From the NCBI GenBank assembly GCA_028534125.1, contig CM052816.1:40302001-40366000 (forward strand): a DNA stretch of 64,000 bases, in the 5' to 3' direction. The notes below the pieces were generated by a model. The model saw nothing but the letters and a program-made list of their open reading frames with translations. It was not told the origin of the DNA and did no database searches. The translations under genes and the position numbers were made by a program. Positions 13,031 through 23,715 of the stretch are shown here, piece after piece. Source of the stretch: Lama glama (taxonomy: Eukaryota). How positions within the stretch are numbered: the stretch's first letter is position 1; each line of letters starts with the position of its first letter.

Positions 13031-13748
13031 CAGTGGTTTCCAAATATTTTGGTCTTAGGATTCCTTTATATTCTTAAAATTATTCAGGACCCCAAAGAGC
13101 TTATATTTATATGAATTACATATATATATATATCTCAATACTTAATGTTAATTAAATGTAAGAACTTTTAAATATTATTTGCTTTTAAAAATTATAATAA
13201 ATCCATTACATGTTAACATAGTTTTAATGAAAAATACATTAAAAAGAAAAAGGTGAAAAATGGCATAGATTTAGATTTTTTCCAAATCCCTTTAATGTCT
13301 TTAATGTTTAAATTAAATTAAGCATTTAATTGGATGCTTAAATGGATAGAACTAGATAGAAAATGGAGAGAAAACAGAAAACAGTTAGATTTTCATATCT
13401 GCTTCTGCATTCAATCATTTGCCATGTGTTGTTTGGTTGAAGGATATGAGGAAAATCTAGATTCACATAGATATGAGTTTGGAAAAGGGAGGTACATTTT
13501 AATATCCTTTCCAAATAGTGGTGTTTATTCTTTTTTAATACTACACCAAAATTCAACAAGAAGTAGTTTCTTAAAAGTTAGCTGCAATGTAGAATTTGAA
13601 ACTGTATCAATGAACTTCTTATATCCTATAAACTTATAAGAGAATGTATTATTTTGAAAATAGTTTTGATCTTGCAGATCCTCTGAAGAGGTCTCAGAGA
13701 ACCCTCCCACCCTCCAGGGTTCCCTGGACCACATATCTAGAACCACTG
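13031..13748. mobile_element. Charlie1-type hAT DNA transposon, internally deleted
   Basis: TIRs CAGTGGTT...AACCACTG; internal blocks aggaccccaaagagctt and tactacaccaaaattcaacaag...gtttcttaaaagttagctgcaatgt; degenerate 8-bp TSD gtttccac/gcttacat. Confidence 0.8.
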
Positions 13749-15369
13749 GCTTACATCATACTTTTTTTCAGTCAGTAGTTTAAGACAAGGGATATTGGTT
13801 TTTCCATTCACAAATAATAGATTTATTTAAAAGGAAATTTTCAGTTTAAATAAATCCATTTAAATATATGAAATAGTAGAGGGTAGGCAGTTACAAGCAA
13901 AAATGTGAAACAGTTTGGAAAAGAATAAACCAGTGCATTCCTACAAACCTACCCTCTACTATATTTTATGCAGGAGGAAACTATGTAGACATTGTTACCT
14001 CAGCTCTTTTGGCTGGCTCCTTCTAACAGTGAGGTTTTGGCTCTGTATGTCAGCTATTCAGAGGTGGTCCCCAACTAACCCAGTTAAAGATATCAATCTT
14101 ATTACATGGTTGGAATATTTTAATATCATGATTGATGCCATAAAATAACTTTACTTTAGTAACAAAGGAATGTATCAAATGGAGGTTATTTATAACAATA
14201 ATATCACTGATTTGATTATATAATTACTTATACACTTGATAAGGCATTGAGCGGAGTAAAAAATAAGTGACAATCACCTACTTTTATTCATAACCTGGTA
14301 GTTATAAATAATGACCCAGTTTATTTATGCAAAAGGCTGATCATAGGTCAGGACACAGACATCACATTAATGGGAAGAAAATTCAAACAAAACAAGTAAT
14401 GGATTGTATAATCATAGATGATCATTAGACCCCATAGGACTCCAGATAAATCACTTTACTTGTCTGGGTTAGTTTCATCAGATGTAAAATGAAAGATGTC
14501 ACTGAAGGGATCATACCTGTTACAAATCTGAAATTAAAATAATTCTATAATCTAACATTCTGTAATATGAGTAGGCTCAAGAAACTATATTTAAAGTTTT
14601 AAATGACTTAGCGTTACTACTTATAGATGAATTCACTTAAGGTTTTTTGTGGGTGAAATACCAAATTTATCCATTTACTAACTCAAATTTTTGTAAATTT
14701 AAAATCAGATATAGTTTTGTTAGGATATTAAACTTATGGTCCAATATTAAAACCAGATCATATTTATGACATTTTTCCCCCTTTGCTGCATAGATATCAG
14801 TTTTCCATTTTATCATGCAACTGAAAACATTTTGCATTGAAATACTTTGTGCCATGCAAATGAACGCTAGATGTTTCAGACTAATGGGAACTCTGACAAA
14901 GACTGAACCATACAAAACTGTCACGTTTCCAGGTCAAAAAAGGTGGACTGTGGGAAACTTAATATTACTTACGAAAATTACTTAGATAATTACTTAGGTG
15001 GCTGATTAAAAGGCAATACTAAGTAACTGCTGCTAAAAAATAACTTTTTCTCTTTTAAATTTTGTAAAATAAAATACCCATAGTAAGGTCATTGTGTATT
15101 ACTAAGGATTTACTTAAATAAATACTGATTTGGAGTTTGGGTACTAATTTATAATGTATAAATGAAAGGGAGCAACTACTTGGTGGCTTAACTTCTCTAA
15201 ATGTTCCAGAGGCTTTTAAGACAGTTATCTTCACAACCTCACGCAGGCAGGTACCCCTGATACTGGGGGCGGGGAGAGGGCAACGCCAGGTCACAGAAAT
15301 CTGCATTGCCAGGTCACCAGGCAGCCCATCTCAGGCCTGCGAGGGAGGCTCATCGAGGCTTCGCCTCAC

Positions 15370-15812
15370 CTGACCGTCCTGACGACGAAGTACACCAGCA
15401 CCGCGCCACTCACCACCATCAACACGGTCAGGGCCCGCTGGGTCATGGGCTTGTCGCCGGGGTTGGGGCTCACAGCGAGGCCGCCACCCACTGAGCCTTC
15501 TTCCCCTGCCTTCCCGCCTAGGTCGTCCGCTGCAAGCCCCGCCCCAGGAATGCTGCCATTGCCTCCCTCAGCGCCCCGCGGCCCCAAGGCTTCGGGCGGA
15601 GCGCGGGCCTGGGACTGGGCAGCTGTGGGCCTGGGTGGCAGGGGCGGCAGGGTCCGCGGCCCACGGTCGGGAGGCCCAGGATCCGGCGCAGCCTCGGCCG
15701 CCTGCAGCAGCACTGGCAAGGGCCCTCTCAACTCTGGCAGCAGTAGCAACAGCAGGAGGGCGGAGGCCAGGAGGCGGCTGAGGCAGCAGCTACAGTGCTT
15801 CGCCTTCATCAT
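15370..15812 (-). CDS. FAM174A: FAM174A (TMEM157) coding exon 1: signal peptide, Pro/Gly-rich ectodomain and single TM helix
   Basis: Translation [28 protein letters not shown]...[34 protein letters not shown] matches the mammalian FAM174A N-terminus as I recall it. It ends at donor AG|GTGAGG (intron starts 15369), phase 2. Tandem ATGs at 15812 and 15809; which is used is uncertain. Confidence 0.96.
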
Positions 15813-15958
15813 CCCCCTACTGTCCTCTCACCACGTAGGAGCTGCAGGGCCCGCCGCCCGGGCTCCAGGTGGGACCATGGGCGCAGTGAAGAACGAAGAA
15901 AAGGTGGCCAGATCCCAGGCTAAGGCCCGGCCGCAGCAGGTGGCAGAGGCGGCAGCAG

Positions 15959-16221
15959 TCGGAAGAACCGGAAGTTCGTACATCTCAGCAGCCACTGCTA
16001 CTACGGACGCTTTCGGTTGCTAACATGCAGAGGCTGGCGCGTTCAGTGACGTCAGACGCGCACGGCTGTCTGCCCAGGCGCCCGGCCACAGGCGAGGGGA
16101 AGAGCTCTGCGGTTGGCTCACGAATAAGAACGTAAACGAAAGGACGTTGTGTACAGTGTGCCGCAACTGTTTGCGTGAAGAAACCAAGAAAGATTGGCAG
16201 CTCATAATTTGAGTTCATTGG
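15959..16221 (-). promoter_or_regulatory. TATA-less core promoter motifs: tandem ETS/GABPA, full CRE, two CCAAT boxes
   Basis: tcGGAAgaaccGGAAGT at 15959-15975 (includes consensus ACCGGAAGT); palindromic TGACGTCA at 16047-16054; ATTGG (CCAAT on minus) at 16193-16197 and 16217-16221. Binding is inferred from motifs only. Confidence 0.75.
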
Positions 16222-16252
16222 TGCAAAACTAGAGACACAGCTAATCATTTAT

Positions 16253-16756
16253 TGAGACCGCCTTGACGTTTCCCTCACCTCAGGTACTTCCTGCCTCTAG
16301 ATCCGTGACCTCCCTTTTCTTGGAGCATTTACGTTGGAAAACTTGTAACCGTGCATTCATTCATTCGCTGCATTTGTGAAATATAAGTCTTTTAAAAAGT
16401 TTTTGTCGGTTTTACAATACGGGACTGTTTTTCATAAGGACTTATGAACCCTCCTTTTGAAATGTCATCAACAAAAAAGCAGCGCTATCTCCCGGTCTTT
16501 GTGGAAGGGTAGGAGCCTAATCTAGGCAGGCACATTGTTCCAAGCTGTAAAACTACCTCCTGTCACGAAGTTAGGGGGGAAATTTACTTCCCTTTGGCTA
16601 AAACCAATTACTAAAGAGTTGGCCTAAGAGGCTCCCTACTCTTAAAATCTCTTCAGCCTTTTGTTACTTTCTGGGGAATTGAGCTCAGAGTTATGGCTTC
16701 TTTCCTCTCTTGCGATAATGTTGAATAAAGTCTTTTTTGCCTATTTAACTTCGACA
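16253..16756 (+). mobile_element. ERV1-class solo LTR (MER67/MER4-group-like) adjacent to the promoter
   Basis: TG...CA ends; tgacctcccttttcttggagcatttacgttggaaaacttgtaa; gggtaggagcctaa...aaaactacctcctgtca; AATAAA at 16724-16729. Confidence 0.7.
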
Positions 16757-17610
16757 TCAGTAACATGGAACTTTGGTTTGAGCAAATACAACTAAAACCC
16801 CTGACCAGAAGTCGAAGTTAGTTTTTGTTCTTTTAAAAACTTATTCACTTAGCAGTTTGTTTTAGACTTTCTGCTCCTTGCTTAGCACTGTGTCTAATTA
16901 TGAGTATCCAATAATAGACATGTAAGATATGGTCATAGCACTTAGGTTCAAATGAAGATAACACAATAAACAGTTGCATTCATTCTGAATTCTGAAGTGT
17001 GTGTTGTAAATGATAAGTACACAATGTACAGTAAGATTTTTGTAAAGGACTGTTTTTGGTAAGGTCTTCTAGCTTCTTGAGGGTAACAGAGTAATGCAGT
17101 TGCTCCTGCTGTGTAGAATTGCTAGGACTAGATATCTTAATGCTGGGTTCCAGTGTGAGGAAGACCATAGGTGACACTGTAATTTTAGCTTCCAACCTAG
17201 GCATCTATCAGTAATGAAGTGGCTCCTTAGGTGTCCTAACTCCCTTATTCACAACCTTATTCAGCTATACATGAAAGAGGGTTAGTATTTAATGCCACTC
17301 CCTTGCACTCCTCAAAAAAGTCCAATATTCAGCATATCAAAAACAAAACAAAACAAAAAAAAAACAAACCCAAGAAAGCCTGCATCCTTTTTTCTTCCTT
17401 ACAGTAGCTCATTTTACCACTGTGTTCCTCATCTAGATTAATGGCATTATTCTTTACCCAGGTGTTCAGCATATAATCCTAGAGTCATCCTTTACCCTTG
17501 GCTTCCCACCTGTACCAGTCCTTGCCAGTAACAGGCATGCAAAGTACTAAATAATTCTGAAAGAGCAGAATCAAATTAATGGTTCCAAAGGATTACAGCA
17601 TATCATGTTC

Positions 17611-17792
17611 TAGTGTTTCTCCAAATGTGACTCTTAGTTACCTGAATCAGAATCAGAAATGGGATTTGTTAAAAATGGACACTATTCCAGAATTTCTAAG
17701 CCAGAATTTTTTGGGAGTAGGGACATGAAGTGTGTGTACATTTTTATTACGCTCTCAAGATAATTTTTATTTACACTAAAGTTTAAGAATCT
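17611..17792. mobile_element. MER5-type hAT MITE within L2 sequence (~17200-17890)
   Basis: tagtgtttctccaaatgt...aatcagaatc...ttgttaaaaatg...cactaaagtttaagaa. Confidence 0.6.
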
Positions 17793-18424
17793 CCTTTCCC
17801 TCACCACCTGTGTCCAAATGTTGTCAAATTTTCTTCACTTCCCTAATGTCTCTGTCATTAACCAACTGTTTTCTGTTCCCTGCTCCTGACAAGGAATTAT
17901 TTTTATGTTGGTAGGGATCTTAAAGAGGCAAAGCATCTGGAAAATCACTCTGTTTTCTGCATAATACCGTATTCTTTGTAAAGTGTCATGAAACAGTGCT
18001 TTCAATGCCATCATGGGAACTAGGAGAAGGTTCCTGGGAGAAAATATTGTATTTTGCTTGTGTAATATAAAATGAAAATTTGGGGCACACATATCTATTT
18101 AAAAGACAAGTTGTCAAACTAAGTATAATAGGTGTTTCTGAATTTTTTCTATTAATAGTAGTATTACTTGTTCATTTACTTGTTTTCAGTTGTCCTGCAA
18201 ACAAGTTGTGCCAAGCACTAGAGATTTAAAAACATAGGGGGAAAATTAGAACAAGGAATTTATATCAATTTATTTAAATTAATCTGCAAACTGGAAAAAG
18301 ACCACCATTAATCTAATTTATCAGGGAATACCTCAGCTAACAACAGAACACTAGTCTTCCATGGAAATATGTAAAATACGACTGGCCTGATCAGTAAAAT
18401 CTAAGACCCCCCAGTCTGGTATTG

Positions 18425-18640
18425 AATAATAGTTTTGAATATTAATTAAGCATCTGTTGTGTACCAGATACCATATTATCAAATGTTAAACACTTACCTT
18501 TGTTTCATCCTTACAAAAAAACCCCAAACCCATTATTATTCTATTTTACAATTAAATTGCTGAAAATCAACATGAGTTATAAACAGTAGAGCTGGGCAGT
18601 GAACTCAGGCAGTCTAGCATCAGAGGTGGGCTATTCCTGG
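18425..18640 (-). mobile_element. MIR SINE (degenerate)
   Basis: ttaagcatctgttgtgtaccag...cattattattctattttaca...agtagagctgggcagtgaactcaggcagtct. Confidence 0.6.
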
Positions 18641-18693
18641 CTACATTTTATCTTTTCCTAATAATAGGTTTCCATAATTTGAGTCTAGCTTCT

Positions 18694-19250
18694 TGTCTCA
18701 GTCAGCTGTTGCTAGGATAATGCTGCATAACCAATAACTAAAAAGGTATCAGTGGCATACTACAAATAAGCATTTATTTCTCACATAACCAATAACTAAA
18801 AAGGTATCAGTGGCATACTACAAATAAGCATTTATTTCTCACATGTCTTTGGGCAAGTTGAATTGACTCATTTAAGCTGACCTTGTATAGGCCTGGTTCC
18901 AGGCGGTAGGTTTACTTCAGCTTTACTCTGGGCACCTCTCAGTCTTCTGGAGTTAGAAGGCCATATGACTCATATTATTCTCAACTCTAAGGTCAGAACT
19001 TCCTGAGACAAAGTGGGTAAGTGGAAGGGGCACGGGGAATAGGCGTAATGAGAAATGAGGGGCCATGCATGCCTTTTTTTTTTGAACAGTGAAACAACTG
19101 GTTACCCAGAAGCCCCACCTGATGCCCTTGACATCGCTGGAGAGAGGTATGTCACATAGCCACTTCTAGCTTCTGGGAATCTGGGAATTTTAATTTAAAT
19201 GGACATATTCTAGTCTTTAAAGAAATCTGTTTATGTTAGTAAGGAAAAGA
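18694..19250 (-). mobile_element. Old MLT1 MaLR LTR
   Basis: tgtctcagtcagctgttgctaggataatgctgcataac...aagcatttatttctcac is the reverse complement of an MLT1 3' end; right edge approximate. Confidence 0.6.
18726..18841. repeat. Perfect 58-bp tandem duplication
   Basis: 18726-18783 is identical to 18784-18841. Confidence 0.97.
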
Positions 19251-19319
19251 GAACACTTTATATTGATAAGTATTTCATTTTCAGTTCAATCTAGTAGAGA
19301 ACAATCAGGTATAATAAGG

Positions 19320-19990
19320 CAGTAAAATATTTTTGAAAAATAATTGAAAAACTTTGACTTAACAGTTCTGAGAAGATCAGAGAGCAGTAAGCAAGATAAA
19401 TACCAAGAAAACAGCATTTAGGCATATCAGAGTAACATGGAGAGTCACAAATATCAGAGTCCAAATTAGAACTTCTTGAAAGGAGCCATAGAAAAAAGAC
19501 GCATTACATACAGAAGAATAAAAACACATATGAAGGCATAGTTCTCATCAGACTATGGAGACCAGAAGCAGTAGCATCTTTAAGGTCCTAAGAGAAATAA
19601 AAAAGCTATTAAACTTGAATTCTATATCCAGTAAAATTATCTTACAAAAATATGGCAAAATAAAGACTTTCAGGCAAGTGAAAGCTGAGGAAACTCATTT
19701 CAAGCAGTCTGTACTACAGGGTGTTTTCAGGCTGAATGGAAGTGATACAAGATGGAAATTTTGATTTACAGGAAGGAGAGAATGGCAAGCAGAAATTGAA
19801 AATCAGTGTGTAAATACAAAAACCTATTTTGTAATTCTCCCAATTTTCTTAAAAAATAATTCAAGGCTTTGCAAAATAATATAAGGCCACATTTATGATG
19901 TGTGTACATATAAAAATCTGGCAGTAAAGCATAAAGGTAAAGGACAGGGGAGGTGAAGTAAATGCAAATATACTCTTTCTGATTTGTGAA
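19320..19990 (+). mobile_element. Old L1 ORF1/inter-ORF fragment
   Basis: ataaataccaagaaaacagcatttaggcatatc...ttctcatcagactatggagaccagaag...gaattctatatccagtaaaattatc; ORF 19555-19764 (IFKVLRE...GKIKTF) resembles the ORF1p C-terminal region. Confidence 0.75.
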
Positions 19991-22244
19991 CTAAGACACG
20001 TGAAATGTGAAGTTTGAAATGTTAAGTGTGAAGTGAGAAGTGGGATGTTTATGAATAGAAGCATGCTCTTGTAAGACCATTACCTTTGTGAAGTATGAGG
20101 TGGGAAATGTCAGGTGTGAAGTGGGATTTATGAAGTGGGAAGTTCATAAGATTCGGAGTGAAAATTGAAGTGGCACAATATTGATGATAAAAAGACATTT
20201 TAAAAAGAATAATGAGAATAATTAGGCTTACAGAAACCAGTAAAAAATAATGAATACAAGTATATTTATGGAATGATAATATAAGTAGCTACAAATAAAA
20301 CTATATCTTTGTGAGGTATTTCTTGCAGTGGGTTATGAATATGGCTTTTTTCTAAAAATGAAAGTAATATGTTGATACTATTGAAGTTTAGAAATTTACA
20401 GTGTAAAGAAGCAATAATTCTACCATCCTGAGAATTTCCTTTCAGTAGTCCAATATTATATATTTGCCTGCGTGTATATATATATATATATACATATATC
20501 ATTTTTAGTTATATATTTAGAACAATACAGTATATATAAGTTACATTCTGTTTTTATATTTATATCATAAATAATATTTTATTTGTCTAAAATCTCTTTG
20601 CAAACATGAATTTTAATGATTTATTATGTGTATTTAGTATGTTGGACAATTTCCCTTTAGCTGGAAAACTATTGTTAAAAATACTCCTATGGTATTATTT
20701 TATGTAAACGTTTTCTGCATCTCTGCCAGTGAATTATTTCTTACAGAAATATATGCCAGTGACCTCATTTTAGGGTGTTATGTATAAAGAGTCTCTCTGT
20801 TGTGAAGATTTGTAAAAAAAATTTGTTGTGTCAATTGTTTGAAAAGCAGAAGTGGGTAATGCCGAGGCAGTACTAAGTGGTGAGTGGTCTCGCTGGCTGT
20901 AGCTGAGCACCCAGCTCAGAGAATAATAACTGGGAAGTAAACCTGACTGTGGTCTAAGCACAAGCAAGAACAAAGGAGGGCGGTGTTTGAGAGCAGAGCC
21001 AGTATAGTGTCTGGTGATAACACCTTAGCCTTCCATTCATCGCCATCCTCACTTGGGAGGTTAGGCCACAGAGAGGAGGGTTATGTCAGCATTTCAGCCC
21101 ATGTAACAATTTAGTGTTCCTAAGGTGAGGGACAGCATATTGGCAGTGAACCTAAAAGGAGAAGTCAGTATCAGGTTTGAAGGGAAAATGGGAAGAGATT
21201 ATTATTCTGCGAGACTGGGCAGTTATGACTGGCTCTATAAGTGCTCTGCATAATCTTCCTTAGCATGAGTAGGTATACTTGGTATACCAAGTAGGTATAG
21301 AACTGTGTTTATTAGGCAATGGGAATTTACTGAGGCACTGAAGAGTCATTGGGATCAAAGGGCCATGAGGTTTATAACCTGTAACAGAGGTGTCTGCAAC
21401 TGACTTCTATAGAACCTCTTTCAGTGCAGTTTGGGATCCAGTGATTGACACTGGCAGGGCAGGGGAGGGAGTGCAATGTATATTTTAAAGCTGAGAAACA
21501 GGATGTGCACCTCAGAAAATAAAACCAAATTCACCAAGGCAATTAAATATGTTAACTTCTGTGAACAGATCTTGCCATTCTTTAATAGAGCTGAGGCCAA
21601 ATTTGGAATTTACTAGAGATGCTCTTCTTGTGTTTTTAATTCCAGAAACAGTGTATGATATTTGGATGGTAATTGTTATATTTTAAAATGGCTTATTAAT
21701 TTGGAAGGATATACTTGATACCATATGAGAGAGAAACGCTTCCTAATGATCAGTTGCTTCCATATGATGAAAACCTACTAGTTTTTAAATATTTTTCTTT
21801 AGTTAGTTTTTAAATTTTTTTTAATTTTTAAAAAATATTTATTTTTTTAATATTTAAAATTTTAAAATATTAAAATAATATATTTAAAAATTATTTGTTA
21901 ATATTAATATTAAAATTTTAAAATATTTTTATTTCAACAGATATTACATTTGTATGGCTCAAAATTCAAAATGTGTGAAAGGAAATTTACTGAAAAACTG
22001 TCTTCCATCCCTGTTTACCAGATAAATAGTCCCTCTCTCAAAGTCTAGTAATATTTTGTTTCTCATGTGTCTTCCAGAAATAAACATAAATGTACAAGTT
22101 ATATAAAAGTGTCTTTTTTAACACAAATGAAATGGTAGTATTCTTTATATACAAACTGGTACTTTGCTTTTTATTGTTATTTTTTTAAAATACCTTGGAG
22201 ATCATTCCATATCAGTACATCATGATTTGTCGTATTGTTTTGTT

Positions 22245-22304
22245 CAAGGCCTAAATATGATTTTTGTGGGTCCTAGGCATGTTTGCCTTCTTTGGCCCCT
22301 TTCT

Positions 22305-22361
<57 letters not shown>

Positions 22362-22572
22362 TAAAAATAATAAAGTTCTGTTTTATGACTAGGTTGCTAT
22401 AAAGATGACTATAATCAAGGCTGGATTCATTTTTATGTATTTTTATTATTATATTTGTTTCTTCTGATTTTAAAAGAAATTTAAATTAACACAGTTTCAT
22501 GGGTCCCTAAAACTAATGTGAGCCTCAAGGCACTATGTCTTCTGTGACTAATTGGAAGAGAAGTTGGCTCTG
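22245..22572 (-). mobile_element. MER96B-like non-autonomous hAT transposon
   Basis: Ends caaggcc.../...ggctctg; 8-bp TSD gttttgtt (22237-22244) / gttttatt (22573-22580); repeated gggtcc...aggca motifs. Confidence 0.65.
22306..22359. repeat. (TAA)18 microsatellite
   Basis: Read directly; explains the poly-Ile in ORF 22164-22364. Confidence 0.97.
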
Positions 22573-23408
22573 GTTTTATTATTACAGAGTTTTTCATACT
22601 GAGAATGTTACTTTAATCAACTCCTCATTGATGGACAGTTAGGTTGTTTCCAAACTTTCTGATTTTTTTTTAATAGTAAATGGAGTTTAAAAACTAAGTT
22701 AAACAAAAAGATGCAACCAAATGTAATAAGTATTTACATACTCATTTGGATTGGTGCCACCTTCTAAACTAAAATTGTTATTTTAGTTGATTTTCCTGCA
22801 TTTTTTTTTTTTAGCTCGTAGTAAATAAACCAAATAGCTACCAAGTGTTAGTGGGGCATGTAAAGTAGCACTTACTGTTTCTCTATCAGGATTTTCCTTT
22901 TCTTTCTCTGCATACATGATCTCCTCCTCTTTCCCTCCTCCTTTCTTTCAGATAAGTATTACTATTCTCTTTATACTTCTTCTTTCTCTTCTGTCAATTC
23001 TTTAAGTTTGTCCTAAAGGCTTATTTATATTTAAACACTTTGGTAGAATTCAAAGATGAAGAAATGGCCAGAATTTACCCCAATATTGTGAACATTTGAA
23101 ACATGGCTGCATAGAATTTCCGTGGGCTCAATTCATAGATAAATAGCCTAACATAAAAATGAATTCACATGCTTGAAATGTCTTACAAACCAAATTATCA
23201 AATTGTCTTGTATCCTGGATTCTCACAAGCTCATCAACTGTTACGTCTTTCTCTTTATCCTATCCTTTATGCCTACCTCTTGACAAAATGATCTCTTAGG
23301 TATAGATGTTAGCTATCTTAGCATTAACATGAAACTCTCACAGCATGTTTAACTCAGTATGGCTTCTCCCAGTGGGATATTTTCCCAACTACCTTTATGT
23401 TTGTAGAC

Positions 23409-23715
23409 CAGGGATTAACACTAAATGAAACTGGGGATGGGTAGGTAAATGCATATGTTCTTAACTAGAGAATGATGATCTTACCTAAAAGTAGAAGTTA
23501 TTACCTCCAGTCAGTTGTCATCAGACTAGAAGGCATAAGTTGATTTTTTTTTCTCAAAATAAACCAGAAATTCATATATTTATATGAAATCCCTTTTTAA
23601 GTAATAAATAAAATAACAAATAAAATAAATCAAAATAACAAACACCATTCAGTCAATACTGCACACCAAATCAAATATATCTGTAAGCTGTAGAGCTCAT
23701 TGGTAGCCTGTATAA
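23409..23715 (+). mobile_element. MER102-like hAT element (degenerate)
   Basis: gattttttttctcaaaataaaccagaaattcatatatttatatgaaatccc...aatactgcacaccaaatcaaatatatctg. Confidence 0.45.

Larger units (their letters stand above)
3267..15369 (-). other. FAM174A: FAM174A intron 1 (GT-AG, 12,103 bp)
   Basis: Bounded by the GT donor at 15369 and AG acceptor at 3268-3267; joining the exons restores the reading frame. Confidence 0.9.
15240..16270. promoter_or_regulatory. CpG island spanning the FAM174A promoter and exon 1
   Basis: Abrupt GC- and CpG-rich block in an otherwise CpG-depleted AT-rich window; GC box GGGGCGGGG at 15266-15274. Edges approximate. Confidence 0.9.
21930..22660 (-). mobile_element. 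L1ME-type 3' fragment interrupted by a hAT element
   Basis: ggctcaaaattcaaaatg..., ccttggagatcattccatatcagtacat and, after the insert, cctcattgatggacagttaggttgtttccaa. Confidence 0.6.

Noticed and set aside
15366..15369. Stop codon right after exon 1, suggesting a 148-aa single-exon protein
   Set aside because: The TGA is part of the phase-2 donor AG|GTGAG; such donors automatically create a stop, and exon 2 continues the known protein.
15445..16023. 192-aa plus-strand ORF, the longest in the window
   Set aside because: Antisense shadow of GC-rich FAM174A exon 1; low-complexity A/P/G/S/R composition, no recognisable domain, and stops are scarce in CpG islands.
18726..18841. Direct repeats (also 12715-12761, 45901-45989, ~47738-47807) as CRISPR-like arrays
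   Set aside because: Head-to-tail copies with no spacers, no cas genes, mammalian context.
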